This document shows positions 51,741 through 59,750 of a stretch of DNA of 59,750 nucleotides, one piece after another. A model generated the notes under the pieces. It saw only the letters and a list, made by a program, of their open reading frames with translations, was not told the DNA's origin and searched no databases. The DNA is from Minisyncoccota bacterium (GTDB lineage Bacteria; Patescibacteriota; Minisyncoccia; Phycocordibacterales; Phycocordibacteraceae): positions 1 through 59,750 of the forward strand of contig JALHQL010000007.1 in assembly GCA_022841985.1 (NCBI GenBank), in the 5' to 3' direction. Position 1 is the stretch's first letter, and each line of letters begins with the position of its first letter. The position numbers were made by a program, and so were the translations under genes.

Positions 51741-52634
51741 ATGCACGACTATCACAAGGAAATAGCGATTCTATACCACGGCGGCTGTCCCGACGGTTTT
51801 GGCGGTGCCTACGCCGCGTGGAGAAAATTCGGCGAAACCGCAGACTATATACCCGTCAAACACGGGAGGCCAGCGCCACCTGGTCTCACGGGCAAGAAAC
51901 TGTATTTCGTGGATTTTTGTTATCCAAAAAACATCATGGACGCTCTTATTCGCGATGCTGCGTCCGTAACCGTACTCGACCATCACCTCGGCAATAGAGA
52001 TGTCGTCGAAAGTATGCCGGAATATGTGTTTGACGAGAAGCACTCCGGAGCGACTATCGCCTGGGCTTATTTTCATCCTGAGATCCCTGTCCCAACACTT
52101 CTCAAATATGTCGAAGAGGGTGATCTGTATCGTTTCGGCCTACCGAACTCTCGGGAAATACTTGCCTATGTATATACGCTTACGGATTCTTTTGCTTCGT
52201 TTGATGCAAAAAATGTAGAGAAATGGAATACCTTTATTACCGAAATAGAAAACCCGACCGAATTCGCGCGCATGGTTGAAACGGGGAAATTATTTTCCCA
52301 ATATCATGAGCATGTGGTCGTCCATGGCGTCAATCACGCTGAACTCGTTCATTTTGAAGGATACGAGTGCTATCTCACAGGCGCTTCCGGCGAATTTGTG
52401 AGTGACATCGGGAATAGGCTCGCGCGCCTAAAACCTCCAATTGCGATTATCGTATCGGCAGATGCAGAGAGATTGCGCGTCTCATTGCGAAGCGACAAAA
52501 GCGTCGACGTTGCCGCGCTTGCGCGGAAATATGGTGGCAATGGACATCCTGCCGCCGCTGGATTTGAAATCCCGTTTGGCGTCCCTGTTCCTTGGACACT
52601 GGCTATACCGAAGCATGAAAATCCTCGCAATTGA
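51741..52634 (+). CDS. DHH/DHHA1-family phosphoesterase
   Basis: ILYHGGCPDGFGGAYAAW, VTVLDHHLGN (DHH), GGNGHPAAAGF (DHHA1 GGGH). Confidence 0.8.
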   Translation: MHDYHKEIAILYHGGCPDGFGGAYAAWRKFGETADYIPVKHGRPAPPGLTGKKLYFVDFCYPKNIMDALIRDAASVTVLDHHLGNRDVVESMPEYVFDEKHSGATIAWAYFHPEIPVPTLLKYVEEGDLYRFGLPNSREILAYVYTLTDSFASFDAKNVEKWNTFITEIENPTEFARMVETGKLFSQYHEHVVVHGVNHAELVHFEGYECYLTGASGEFVSDIGNRLARLKPPIAIIVSADAERLRVSLRSDKSVDVAALARKYGGNGHPAAAGFEIPFGVPVPWTLAIPKHENPRN

Positions 52635-53808
52635 GACGTCGTGTGACGAGACCGCGATAGCGATACTCGAATGTGAAGGCGGCGAGCAAGACGCGCGATT
52701 CAGCGTGCTCGGAAATGCGCTCCTCTCGCAAATTGAGATACATAAAGAGTACGGCGGAGTCTTCCCTGCTCTCGCGAAGCGCGAACATGCAAAGAATCTG
52801 GTGCCGATTCTGGAAGCGGCACTCGAAGAGGCAGAACTTTTGCACGAAGATGCACAAGTGATTTCTGAGGAGACCCGCGTCAAAATTTCTGAAATTTTGA
52901 CGCGTGAACCCGGTCTTACCGAAGCGTTTTTTGAATTTATTTCGCAGTGCGAACCGCCCGAGATAGACGCGATTGCCGTTACCGCGGGCCCCGGACTTGA
53001 ACCAGCACTCTGGGTTGGTATTAATTTCGCCAAAGCGCTCGCGCTCATTTGGAATAAACCCCTTATCGCAGTGAACCATATGGAAGGACATATCGTTGCA
53101 GCCCTCGCAAAAGAGCCGGCACCTGCAGCACTGTCTGGAACAGGACGTAACCTTGTTATAGAACACATTGAGATGCCTGTGCTTGCACTCCTTATCTCCG
53201 GCGGACATACCGAACTTGTGCTCATGAAAAAATGGTTTCAATATGAACTCATTGGTGCCACGCGCGATGACGCAGTAGGTGAAGCTTTTGACAAGGTCGC
53301 GCGTATGCTCAACCTGCCTTACCCAGGAGGCCCAGAGATCTCACGTCTTGCGGAAAAATCTCGCAACGAAACTTCCGATACTCTCTTCAAACTCCCGCGG
53401 CCGATGCTGCATGATGCGACGTGCGATTTTTCGTTTGCAGGGCTCAAGACGGCAGTACTGTATCTTTTGAAGGAGAAAGTGGATTTGAGCGAGCGCGAGA
53501 AACAACACATCGCGCATGAATTTGAAAATGCCGTTACCGACGTGCTCTGGAAAAAGACTTCACGCGCGCTCGAAGATACGGGAGCACAGACACTTGTCAT
53601 CGGTGGTGGTGTTTCGGCAAATACTCATATTCGTCGTACCTTCACTGAAAAAATAAAGAGTGACCACCCGGGAGTATCCCTACGTATCCCCTCCGCAGTA
53701 CTTACTACCGACAATGCCATCATGATTGCAATTGCTGGTTTCTACCGGGCACAGCGCAAAGAGTTCAAAACCGAAATTCTCGCACAAGGGAATCTCTCCC
53801 TCGCATAA
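52615..53808 (+). CDS. tsaD: tRNA N6-adenosine threonylcarbamoyltransferase
   Basis: Start moved to MKILAIETSCDETAIAI (ATG 52615). Also GGVFPALAKREH, NHMEGH, LLISGGHTEL, GEAFDKVARML, GGGVSAN. Confidence 0.93.
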   Translation: MKILAIETSCDETAIAILECEGGEQDARFSVLGNALLSQIEIHKEYGGVFPALAKREHAKNLVPILEAALEEAELLHEDAQVISEETRVKISEILTREPGLTEAFFEFISQCEPPEIDAIAVTAGPGLEPALWVGINFAKALALIWNKPLIAVNHMEGHIVAALAKEPAPAALSGTGRNLVIEHIEMPVLALLISGGHTELVLMKKWFQYELIGATRDDAVGEAFDKVARMLNLPYPGGPEISRLAEKSRNETSDTLFKLPRPMLHDATCDFSFAGLKTAVLYLLKEKVDLSEREKQHIAHEFENAVTDVLWKKTSRALEDTGAQTLVIGGGVSANTHIRRTFTEKIKSDHPGVSLRIPSAVLTTDNAIMIAIAGFYRAQRKEFKTEILAQGNLSLA

Positions 53809-53837
53809 AACCCTTATTTTGCTATATTTTGTAGACG

Positions 53838-55985
53838 ATGCCCGAGAAATTCTTACAGCCGTACGACCCAACCACGACTGAGTCGCGTATCTATACTGAG
53901 TGGGAAAAGAGCGGCCTTTTCAATCCAGATGAGTGTGTGAAGCAAGGCGTGACACAAGCAGATGCACCAACCTACTCCATCATGCTCCCGCCACCAAACG
54001 TCACTGGACGACTTCATATGGGTCACGCACTCATGCTCGCCATCGAGGATATTTTCATCCGGTATAAACGTATGCGCGGTTTCCGCACACTCTGGGTGCC
54101 CGGCACCGACCATGCGGCCATTGCGACACAATCAGTGATTGAAAAGCAAATCAAAAAAGAGGAGGGGAAGAATCGTCATGACCTCGGGCGTGAAGAGTTG
54201 TTAAAACGCATCGGGACATTTGCTACCGAGAGTCATGACACTATCGTGAACCAACTGAAGACAATGGGTGCATCTCTCGACTGGTCACGCGAAGCGTTCA
54301 CGCTTGACGACAAGCGCAGCCACGCGGTGCGTACTGTCTTTAAACAAATGTTTGATGCGGGCCTCATTTACCGCGGACTCCGCATCGTCAATTGGGACCC
54401 AAAAGGCCAAACTACCATTTCTGACGACGAGATTGTCTATGAGGAACGTGTCGCAAAGCTCTATACCTTTCGCTACAGCAAAGACTTCCCTATCCCTGTC
54501 GCAACAACACGTCCCGAAACCAAAGTAGGCGATGTGGGCGTCGCGGTACATCCGGATGACGCACGTTACAAAGAATTCATCGGGAAAGAGTACGACGCTG
54601 TCTTCTGTGATGTGCCGATTCACCTCACGGTCGTTGCCGATAAAGAAGTCGATCCGGCATTCGGCACCGGTGCGGTCGGCCTCACACCTGCACACAGCAA
54701 GATTGACTGGGATATCGCCGATCGCCACGAACTCTCCCATGAAGTTATCGTGATTAATGAGTATGCGAAGATGACGGTTGCAGGGCGACTCGAGGGAAAG
54801 AAAACAACCGAGGCGCGAGACATGGTCGTAGAGTGGCTGAAAAGTGAAGGGCTTCTCGAAAAAGAAGAGGACACGAAGCAAAATATCGCCACTGCAGAAC
54901 GTACCGGCGGCATCGTCGAACCTCTGCCGAAGATGCAGTGGTTCGTCGAAGTAAACAAGGAAGTTCCCGGTCGAGGAAAGACCCTCAAAGAGCTCATGCT
55001 TGATCCTGTGCGCTCAGGAACTATCAACATAGTGCCTGAACATTTCGAAAAGACCTATGTGCATTGGATAGAAAACTTGCGTGACTGGTGCATCAGCCGG
55101 CAGATCTGGTATGGCCACCGTGTCCCCGTCTGGTATAAGGGCGAAGAGATCGCTGTCGGCGAGGAACCTTCTGGAGAAGGATGGACACAAGATGAAGACA
55201 CCCTCGACACCTGGTTCTCTTCCGGCCTCTGGACTTTTTCAACTTTGGGCTGGCCCGAGCAAACAGAAGATCTTGCACGGTATCATCCGACTGACCTGCT
55301 CGAGACTGGGTATGACATTCTATTTTTCTGGATTGCACGAATGATATTGATGACTGAATTCACTCTCGGCACGATCCCTTTCAAGACCGTCTACTTGCAC
55401 GGCCTCGTGCGCGATGCGCAAGGACGCAAGATGAGCAAGTCGCTCGGGAACAATCTTGACCCGCTCGACGTCGCAGCAAAATTTGGCGCAGACGCCGCGC
55501 GGATGGCGCTCGTCGTCGGGAATACACCCGGGACCGATATGCGCATCAGCGAAGAAAAGATAAGAGGCTACAGTCGGTTTGCAAACAAGCTCTGGAACAT
55601 CTCACGATTCATACTAGAAAGCACACAGAACGCCGATCTGGACACACCCCTATCTGCAGAAGATACTGAACTTCTTGCCGCGATTGAAACTCTGACAAAA
55701 GAGATGACGACCGACATCGAGGAATTCCGAATTTATATGGCAGCGGAAAAAATGTATCACTACACGTGGCACGAACTTGCCGATAAGATTATCGAGGAAT
55801 CGAAGCCCATACTTGCCGGTTCTGACGCTATCGCGCGCGCGTCGCGCGCACGTCTCCTCGTAACTCTTCTCGATCGGACACTCCGACTTCTCCATCCTTT
55901 TATGCCGTTTATAACTGAAGAGATTTATCAATCAATGCCCACAAAAGACTCAAAACTTCTGATAGTCGCGAAATGGCCCAAATAA
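53838..55985 (+). CDS. valS: valine--tRNA ligase (short form without C-terminal coiled coil)
   Basis: PPPNVTGRLHMGHAL (HIGH), TRPETKVGDVGVAVHP, WCISRQIWYGHRVPVWY, KMSKSLGN. Confidence 0.95.
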   Translation: MPEKFLQPYDPTTTESRIYTEWEKSGLFNPDECVKQGVTQADAPTYSIMLPPPNVTGRLHMGHALMLAIEDIFIRYKRMRGFRTLWVPGTDHAAIATQSVIEKQIKKEEGKNRHDLGREELLKRIGTFATESHDTIVNQLKTMGASLDWSREAFTLDDKRSHAVRTVFKQMFDAGLIYRGLRIVNWDPKGQTTISDDEIVYEERVAKLYTFRYSKDFPIPVATTRPETKVGDVGVAVHPDDARYKEFIGKEYDAVFCDVPIHLTVVADKEVDPAFGTGAVGLTPAHSKIDWDIADRHELSHEVIVINEYAKMTVAGRLEGKKTTEARDMVVEWLKSEGLLEKEEDTKQNIATAERTGGIVEPLPKMQWFVEVNKEVPGRGKTLKELMLDPVRSGTINIVPEHFEKTYVHWIENLRDWCISRQIWYGHRVPVWYKGEEIAVGEEPSGEGWTQDEDTLDTWFSSGLWTFSTLGWPEQTEDLARYHPTDLLETGYDILFFWIARMILMTEFTLGTIPFKTVYLHGLVRDAQGRKMSKSLGNNLDPLDVAAKFGADAARMALVVGNTPGTDMRISEEKIRGYSRFANKLWNISRFILESTQNADLDTPLSAEDTELLAAIETLTKEMTTDIEEFRIYMAAEKMYHYTWHELADKIIEESKPILAGSDAIARASRARLLVTLLDRTLRLLHPFMPFITEEIYQSMPTKDSKLLIVAKWPK

Positions 55986-56003
55986 GTGCGGTAGAATAGA
56001 CAG

Positions 56004-56708
56004 GTGGCTTCTACAACACTCGGCTACGCATTCCTCGGCGGACTTTTGCCTTCTTTCATTTGGCTTTATTTCCTCCTCAAAGAGGATGCCCGCTGTCCTG
56101 AGCCGCGCAAGCTTATTATCCTAGCTTTTATTGCGGGCATGCTGGCAGTTCCTATCGCACTTCCCCTCGAACGTTACGCCCAAGACTATCTTGTCGGCGT
56201 ATTACCACTCCTGACTGCCTGGGCGCTCATCGAGGAACTGGTCAAATACATCATGGCGGCAACGTTCATCCTCTGGCGCCATGCGGTCGACGAAGCACCC
56301 GATTATGTAATCTACATGATCACGGTGGCGCTTGGCTTTGCTGCGGCAGAGAATATGCTTTTCCTCTTTACACCGCTTTCAGACGGGAATGCCGCCGCCA
56401 GCTTCTTTACTGGTAATGTACGCTTCCTCGGCTCCACACTGCTCCACATAATCGCTTCAGCAGCAATCGGTTTTGCACTCGCTTTCTCAAGAGGATATCG
56501 ACCGTCGTCGCGCGTTATTGCGTCGGCCGGCGGACTTATCCTCGCCATCGCATTGCATACTGCCTTCAACATGCTTATCATGAGACAAGGCTCTTCAATC
56601 GAGCTTGCTGCATTCTTCCTTGTCTGGATGGTTGCTGTCATATTTTTCGCTGCGTTCGAAGTACTCAAATACTTTCAGTATCGTAATCTCCCTAAAAATA
56701 CTTGCTAA
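56004..56708 (+). CDS. PrsW-family intramembrane glutamic/metallo-protease-like protein
   Basis: GTG start, 7-8 TM. ALIEELVKY (EExxK), AAAENMLF and LHTAFN motifs fit the PrsW layout. Confidence 0.7.
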   Translation: MASTTLGYAFLGGLLPSFIWLYFLLKEDARCPEPRKLIILAFIAGMLAVPIALPLERYAQDYLVGVLPLLTAWALIEELVKYIMAATFILWRHAVDEAPDYVIYMITVALGFAAAENMLFLFTPLSDGNAAASFFTGNVRFLGSTLLHIIASAAIGFALAFSRGYRPSSRVIASAGGLILAIALHTAFNMLIMRQGSSIELAAFFLVWMVAVIFFAAFEVLKYFQYRNLPKNTC

Positions 56709-56710
56709 CT

Positions 56711-57220
56711 ATGAATATGAAACGCTCGTTCTTTGAACGCCTTTCCGGCAGCGCATCTGCTGATGGTGCTTTTGATTCTTTTGATGAGGAATTGCCGATT
56801 GCGACGACATCCATGCGCAAGGATTCTCGTGATCGTGCAAACACATCGGCTTCAAACCCTTCGCAACTCCATGATGACTCGCCTGCAAGCGAAGGACAGC
56901 TCCCTGTCGATGTGCATCAGACGGCAAGTGACATCGTCATCCGCGCTTTTGTCGCAGGAGTACGCCCCGATGAGCTCAATATTTCTATACGCCGCGATAT
57001 GGTTGAAATTGAGGGTTCGCGCACTGAACGTGAGCAGATTGCCGGCCCCGACTACTTCACCCGAGAGCTTTTCTGGGGTTCGTTCTCGCGTACCATCCTC
57101 CTTCCGCAAGAAATTGATGTCGAAACTTCTTCGGCAAGCGCAAAAGACGGCCTTTTAACTATCACTCTCCCCCGCCTGAACAAAACAAAGCAAACTAAAT
57201 TGCGTGTAAAAGTAGGTTAA
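56711..57220 (+). CDS. Hsp20/alpha-crystallin small heat-shock protein
   Basis: ATG 56711 preferred over the TTG at 56702. LPVDVHQTASDIVIRAFVAGVRPDELNISI...GSFSRTILLPQEIDVETSSASAKDGLLTITLPR is the alpha-crystallin domain. Confidence 0.85.
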   Translation: MNMKRSFFERLSGSASADGAFDSFDEELPIATTSMRKDSRDRANTSASNPSQLHDDSPASEGQLPVDVHQTASDIVIRAFVAGVRPDELNISIRRDMVEIEGSRTEREQIAGPDYFTRELFWGSFSRTILLPQEIDVETSSASAKDGLLTITLPRLNKTKQTKLRVKVG

Positions 57221-57237
57221 ACGAGCGATAAGCTTAT

Positions 57238-58350
57238 TTATTTGAGGATAATCGTCTCTTGAAACGAAGCGGATGTGGCTGCCCCAACGATAAAAGGGAC
57301 TTGTGCGATACGACGACCGTCTTCTGCCTCAATATTCACTCGCCATTCTCCAGTATTATTCATGAGCACTGTCGAATAACCACGATACCCGCCATCACGA
57401 CCCCCAACAATCGGATAATCAACAACTGCTTTCGTTACCCATGCTTTCTGTTCCGGATCATACCACTGCCACCGATGCACAATAGTCGTCGTCAGCTTTG
57501 TCGGCGCAAAAACGGAACTGTAGGCAGACAGCGATTCGCCAAGGACCACATGCAGGGTTGGTGAAAAACCGAGATATCGCACTTGCCACGGCTGTATCTC
57601 GGTTTTCGCCATGTACGCACCCGGAACACGCCATACCGAATGATAGACTCCTGACGTCTCGGTTGAGAGCGGTAACGGTGGCAATATATTCGTGAAATAA
57701 AAAACATTCATAAGAACAAGAACTGCACATGCCCCAATCCAGATATGCCGGATATACGCAAGAAAACGTTCGTGCGCGAGTACGCGCAAAAGAATCGTAA
57801 ATAGTGTAAAGATACCGACCGCAACAATGCCGCTCAAAAGGAATGTCCCTGTATTGATAGCGCCGGTATATACAGGCACCGCAAATATCGCATATGAATA
57901 GAGTACGAAAAAGAAGAGCGTGCTCGTAAAGACGAGTCGGGAATGATATTGGTAAAAATACTCATTGCCGAGAAATAGAAAAAACAAGAGTACAAGGAAC
58001 GGCCACGAAGCACCGAGACTCGCTGAATTTCCATAGAAAATAACGAAGCCGCTCAAAAATCCACCAAGCGCAAACTGTGTCACAAGAGGAAGAATCAGCC
58101 GTGACCGAGAAAAAGGCTGATTCTGCAGCGCTTCATCAGATATCGTGATGCGCGAAGCGCGCGCTTCGAGTAAGTGAAGCAGCGGGATGGTTATAAAACA
58201 AATGGCGGTATAAGCAACAAATATAATATGTGTCTCCCAGAGATCAATGCGCCCAAAGAAAAAAGTATCAGCAATAAAGCCGAAAATCATCGCCCCAGCA
58301 GAAAGATGCCGATTATACGTCTGTACTCGAGGAAAGATCTTCTGCAACAT
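57238..58350 (-). CDS. polytopic membrane protein with C-terminal beta-rich ectodomain (DUF2914-like)
   Basis: Start moved to MLQKIF (ATG 58350) because the ORF-track N-terminus is translated from tRNA-Phe. ~8 TM. The C-terminus is ...HRWQWYDPEQKAWV...GEWRVNIEAEDGRRIAQVPFIV. Confidence 0.7.
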   Translation of the reverse strand: MLQKIFPRVQTYNRHLSAGAMIFGFIADTFFFGRIDLWETHIIFVAYTAICFITIPLLHLLEARASRITISDEALQNQPFSRSRLILPLVTQFALGGFLSGFVIFYGNSASLGASWPFLVLLFFLFLGNEYFYQYHSRLVFTSTLFFFVLYSYAIFAVPVYTGAINTGTFLLSGIVAVGIFTLFTILLRVLAHERFLAYIRHIWIGACAVLVLMNVFYFTNILPPLPLSTETSGVYHSVWRVPGAYMAKTEIQPWQVRYLGFSPTLHVVLGESLSAYSSVFAPTKLTTTIVHRWQWYDPEQKAWVTKAVVDYPIVGGRDGGYRGYSTVLMNNTGEWRVNIEAEDGRRIAQVPFIVGAATSASFQETIILK

Positions 58351-58355
58351 GTCAG

Positions 58356-58428
58356 TGCTTGGACCCGGGCTCGAACCGGGGACCCCCGCCTCTTCAGGGC
58401 GATGCTCTACCAACTGAGCTATCCAAGC
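58356..58428 (-). tRNA. tRNA-Phe (GAA)
   Basis: Acceptor gcttgga/tccaagc, D arm gctc-agttggta-gagc, anticodon arm tcgcc-ctGAAga-ggcgg, T arm cccgg-ttcgagc-ccggg. Confidence 0.92.
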
Positions 58429-58441
58429 CTATCGCGTGACC

Positions 58442-58732
58442 CTACTGTCGCGCTTTGTACGAGTTTATCAGGTTTTGGAAATCAGCGGTAGTCGGTAGAC
58501 CGAAGACATTAGGATTTGCTGTCGCACTGCTTGACTGCGGAGAGAACGCGGCAATAATCGGTCCCACGTATTGCTGATAGAGATAGAACGGCAAGACGAG
58601 CACGACAATCCAGATGATAATTTTGCTAAAAAAACCAATCAACTGATCTCTCCGAATAGCACGAAGCATCCGATGATTATCCTTCGCGAGCGCGTGCGTC
58701 TCGTCAAGCACTCGCTTTAATTCGGAATCCAT
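58442..58732 (-). CDS. small membrane hypothetical protein
   Basis: 96 aa with one TM (FFSKIIIWIVVLVLPFYLY). Confidence 0.5.
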   Translation of the reverse strand: MDSELKRVLDETHALAKDNHRMLRAIRRDQLIGFFSKIIIWIVVLVLPFYLYQQYVGPIIAAFSPQSSSATANPNVFGLPTTADFQNLINSYKARQ

Positions 58733-58769
58733 GCCTTGTATTCTAGCACCTTCTCGTTACGCTGATATT

Positions 58770-59459
58770 TTAGTTCCCGTATAGCGCGTTCAATTTTGCG
58801 CGTGTTTGAGGACCGACAATACCGAGAACTTCGATAGCATACTTTGTCTGGAACAATTTAACGGCCTCAAGCGTTTTGCCGTAGAAGCCACCGGTAATTT
58901 CTCCAGTATACACACCCTCAAACGTGAGGGCCATTTGTAGAGCAGAAACGTCATCAGCGTATGGCGATCCCCTCTGTAGAGTACGATTCCAATTATATTT
59001 GAAACCTTTTGCTACATTAGCATCGACCGTATTCGTCGATTGCTCATTAGTCGTTATTTGATTATACGCACCGAGCACGCTCGCGGATTGCGAGTTTGTA
59101 ATGCCCGATGGCGTCACGGACAATGTAACGCTCTTTATAACCGAGCCACCAACACCCGTACAGGTCATGATGTATACGGTCGTTACTGATGGATTAATTT
59201 TCTGATTGCCAGAGAGAGGAACCGTACCGCCCCACCCAGTGCCGAACGCCTGACATGAAGTTGCATTCGTAGATGTCCAAGAAATGGATGGCAAATCGTT
59301 GTACGACGGGTTGGCGTTAGCCACTATGCTTGCCTTGTTTATAGACAAGGTCAACGTAGGAGCCGCTGTAGTTTGCGCACTAGCAAATACCGGAGAAAAC
59401 AAAATCACAGAAGCACCTATAGTACTAATCGCGAAAGATGCCTTGGTTTTTGACGACAT
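58770..59459 (-). CDS. secreted protein with Ig-like N-domain and C-terminal PG_binding_1-like domain
   Basis: Signal MSSKTKASFAISTIGASVILFSPVFASA. C-terminal VSALQMALTFEGVYTGEITGGFYGKTLEAVKLFQTKYAIEVLGIVGPQTRAKL. Confidence 0.7.
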   Translation of the reverse strand: MSSKTKASFAISTIGASVILFSPVFASAQTTAAPTLTLSINKASIVANANPSYNDLPSISWTSTNATSCQAFGTGWGGTVPLSGNQKINPSVTTVYIMTCTGVGGSVIKSVTLSVTPSGITNSQSASVLGAYNQITTNEQSTNTVDANVAKGFKYNWNRTLQRGSPYADDVSALQMALTFEGVYTGEITGGFYGKTLEAVKLFQTKYAIEVLGIVGPQTRAKLNALYGN

Positions 59460-59633
59460 ATTTTTTAATTATCTAGTAATAACAGCTATTCCCATAGTAT
59501 CCGCCTCTTTATACAAAATGTCAAGTTATTGTGTAATTCTCCCTTGCTATACGTTATGTAACGTACTCATATCCTACCATCCCCACTATGTCCATACTGA
59601 GCAATGCACAGTCACTCGATTGTCGCCTCTACC

Positions 59634-59750
59634 TCACCTCCCCAAACTCCTCCTCACCTGCTCAACGATAGATTGCTCTGCTCCGAAGGATGCAAGGACA
59701 GAGAGGATGGCATCCACTTGCGCAGGGGTGAGGTTGGTGGTGAAGGTAGT
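59634..59750 (-). CDS. 3' end of a gene continuing beyond the window (partial)
   Basis: The minus-strand frame reads ...TTFTTNLTPAQVDAILSVLASFGAEQSIVEQVRRSLGR, with its stop at 59634-36. Too short to classify. Confidence 0.3.
   Translation of the reverse strand, partial: TTFTTNLTPAQVDAILSVLASFGAEQSIVEQVRRSLGR

Noticed and set aside
52482-53241. Two minus-strand ORFs of 247 and 212 aa
   Set aside because: They are antisense to tsaD, which has clear Kae1/TsaD motifs.
58351-58413. N-terminal extension MVEHRPEEAGVPGSSPGPSTD of the 57238 membrane protein
   Set aside because: These codons are the complement of tRNA-Phe. The internal ATG at 58350 was used as the start.
1-59750. Search for CRISPR arrays, reverse transcriptase/retron/DGR, transposases, rRNA, tmRNA/RNase P/SRP RNA, and stop-codon recoding
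   Set aside because: No regularly spaced short direct repeats were seen. No RT (YxDD) or DDE/HUH transposase-like ORFs were seen. No rRNA-like stretches were seen, and no recognisable tmRNA/SRP/RNase P signature motifs by eye. All conserved genes read through with standard TAA/TAG/TGA stops and without in-frame stops, so there is no evidence for code 25 or code 4.

Overview
This 59.75-kb window is probably most of a contig, and position 1 sits in a poly-G run. It appears to come from a small-genome bacterium of the Patescibacteria/CPR type. That assignment is inference from compact, often overlapping genes, an N-terminally short IF-2, short ValRS and enolase, many membrane-anchored surface proteins, and an array of VirB2-like mini-proteins; no phylogenetic marker search was possible. 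The standard genetic code appears to be in use.

About three quarters of the window is housekeeping: gyrB, an ECF sigma/anti-sigma pair, gpmA-eno, rpmG (missed by the ORF track), clpB, a class-V cysteine desulfurase, infB-rbfA, murI, gyrA, rpsA, pth, lepB, rpsU-ybeY-ftsA-ftsZ, trxB, rlmB-like, tsaD, valS, prsW-like and hsp20. I fold nine tRNA genes by hand: Cys-GCA, Leu-TAA, Leu-TAG, Lys-CTT, a second TAA tRNA with Ser-like features, Ser-CGA, Glu-TTC, Val-GAC and Phe-GAA.

Two accessory regions stand out:

1. 19.3-25.7 kb lies between two tRNA genes. It holds an SPFH-domain protein plus a polytopic membrane partner. Convergent with that pair is an 8-gene minus-strand operon containing six tandem paralogs of a two-TM, VirB2/TrbC-like small protein, a membrane-anchored solute-binding-like protein and a SAM methyltransferase.

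2. 37.9-49.4 kb is an AT-richer island. It holds a lysozyme-like secreted protein, a DUF1801/VOC/DUF2200 trio, and a T5orf172-nuclease / small-ORF / SDH-type ClpP-fold protease operon. Its most unusual part is a ~5.8-kb large-serine-recombinase element at tRNA-Ser(CGA). That element is built from nested perfect inverted repeats (236 bp and 131 bp). Their arms combine as attL-, attR- and an inverted internal attP-like junction. Its cargo is divided by tRNA-Ser-like pseudo-elements and a conserved hairpin module. A decayed second recombinase element sits at the neighbouring tRNA-Glu.

No rRNA, CRISPR array, reverse transcriptase or transposase was seen. All similarity statements come from reading the sequence and translations by eye. 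No database search, HMM or folding program was run.
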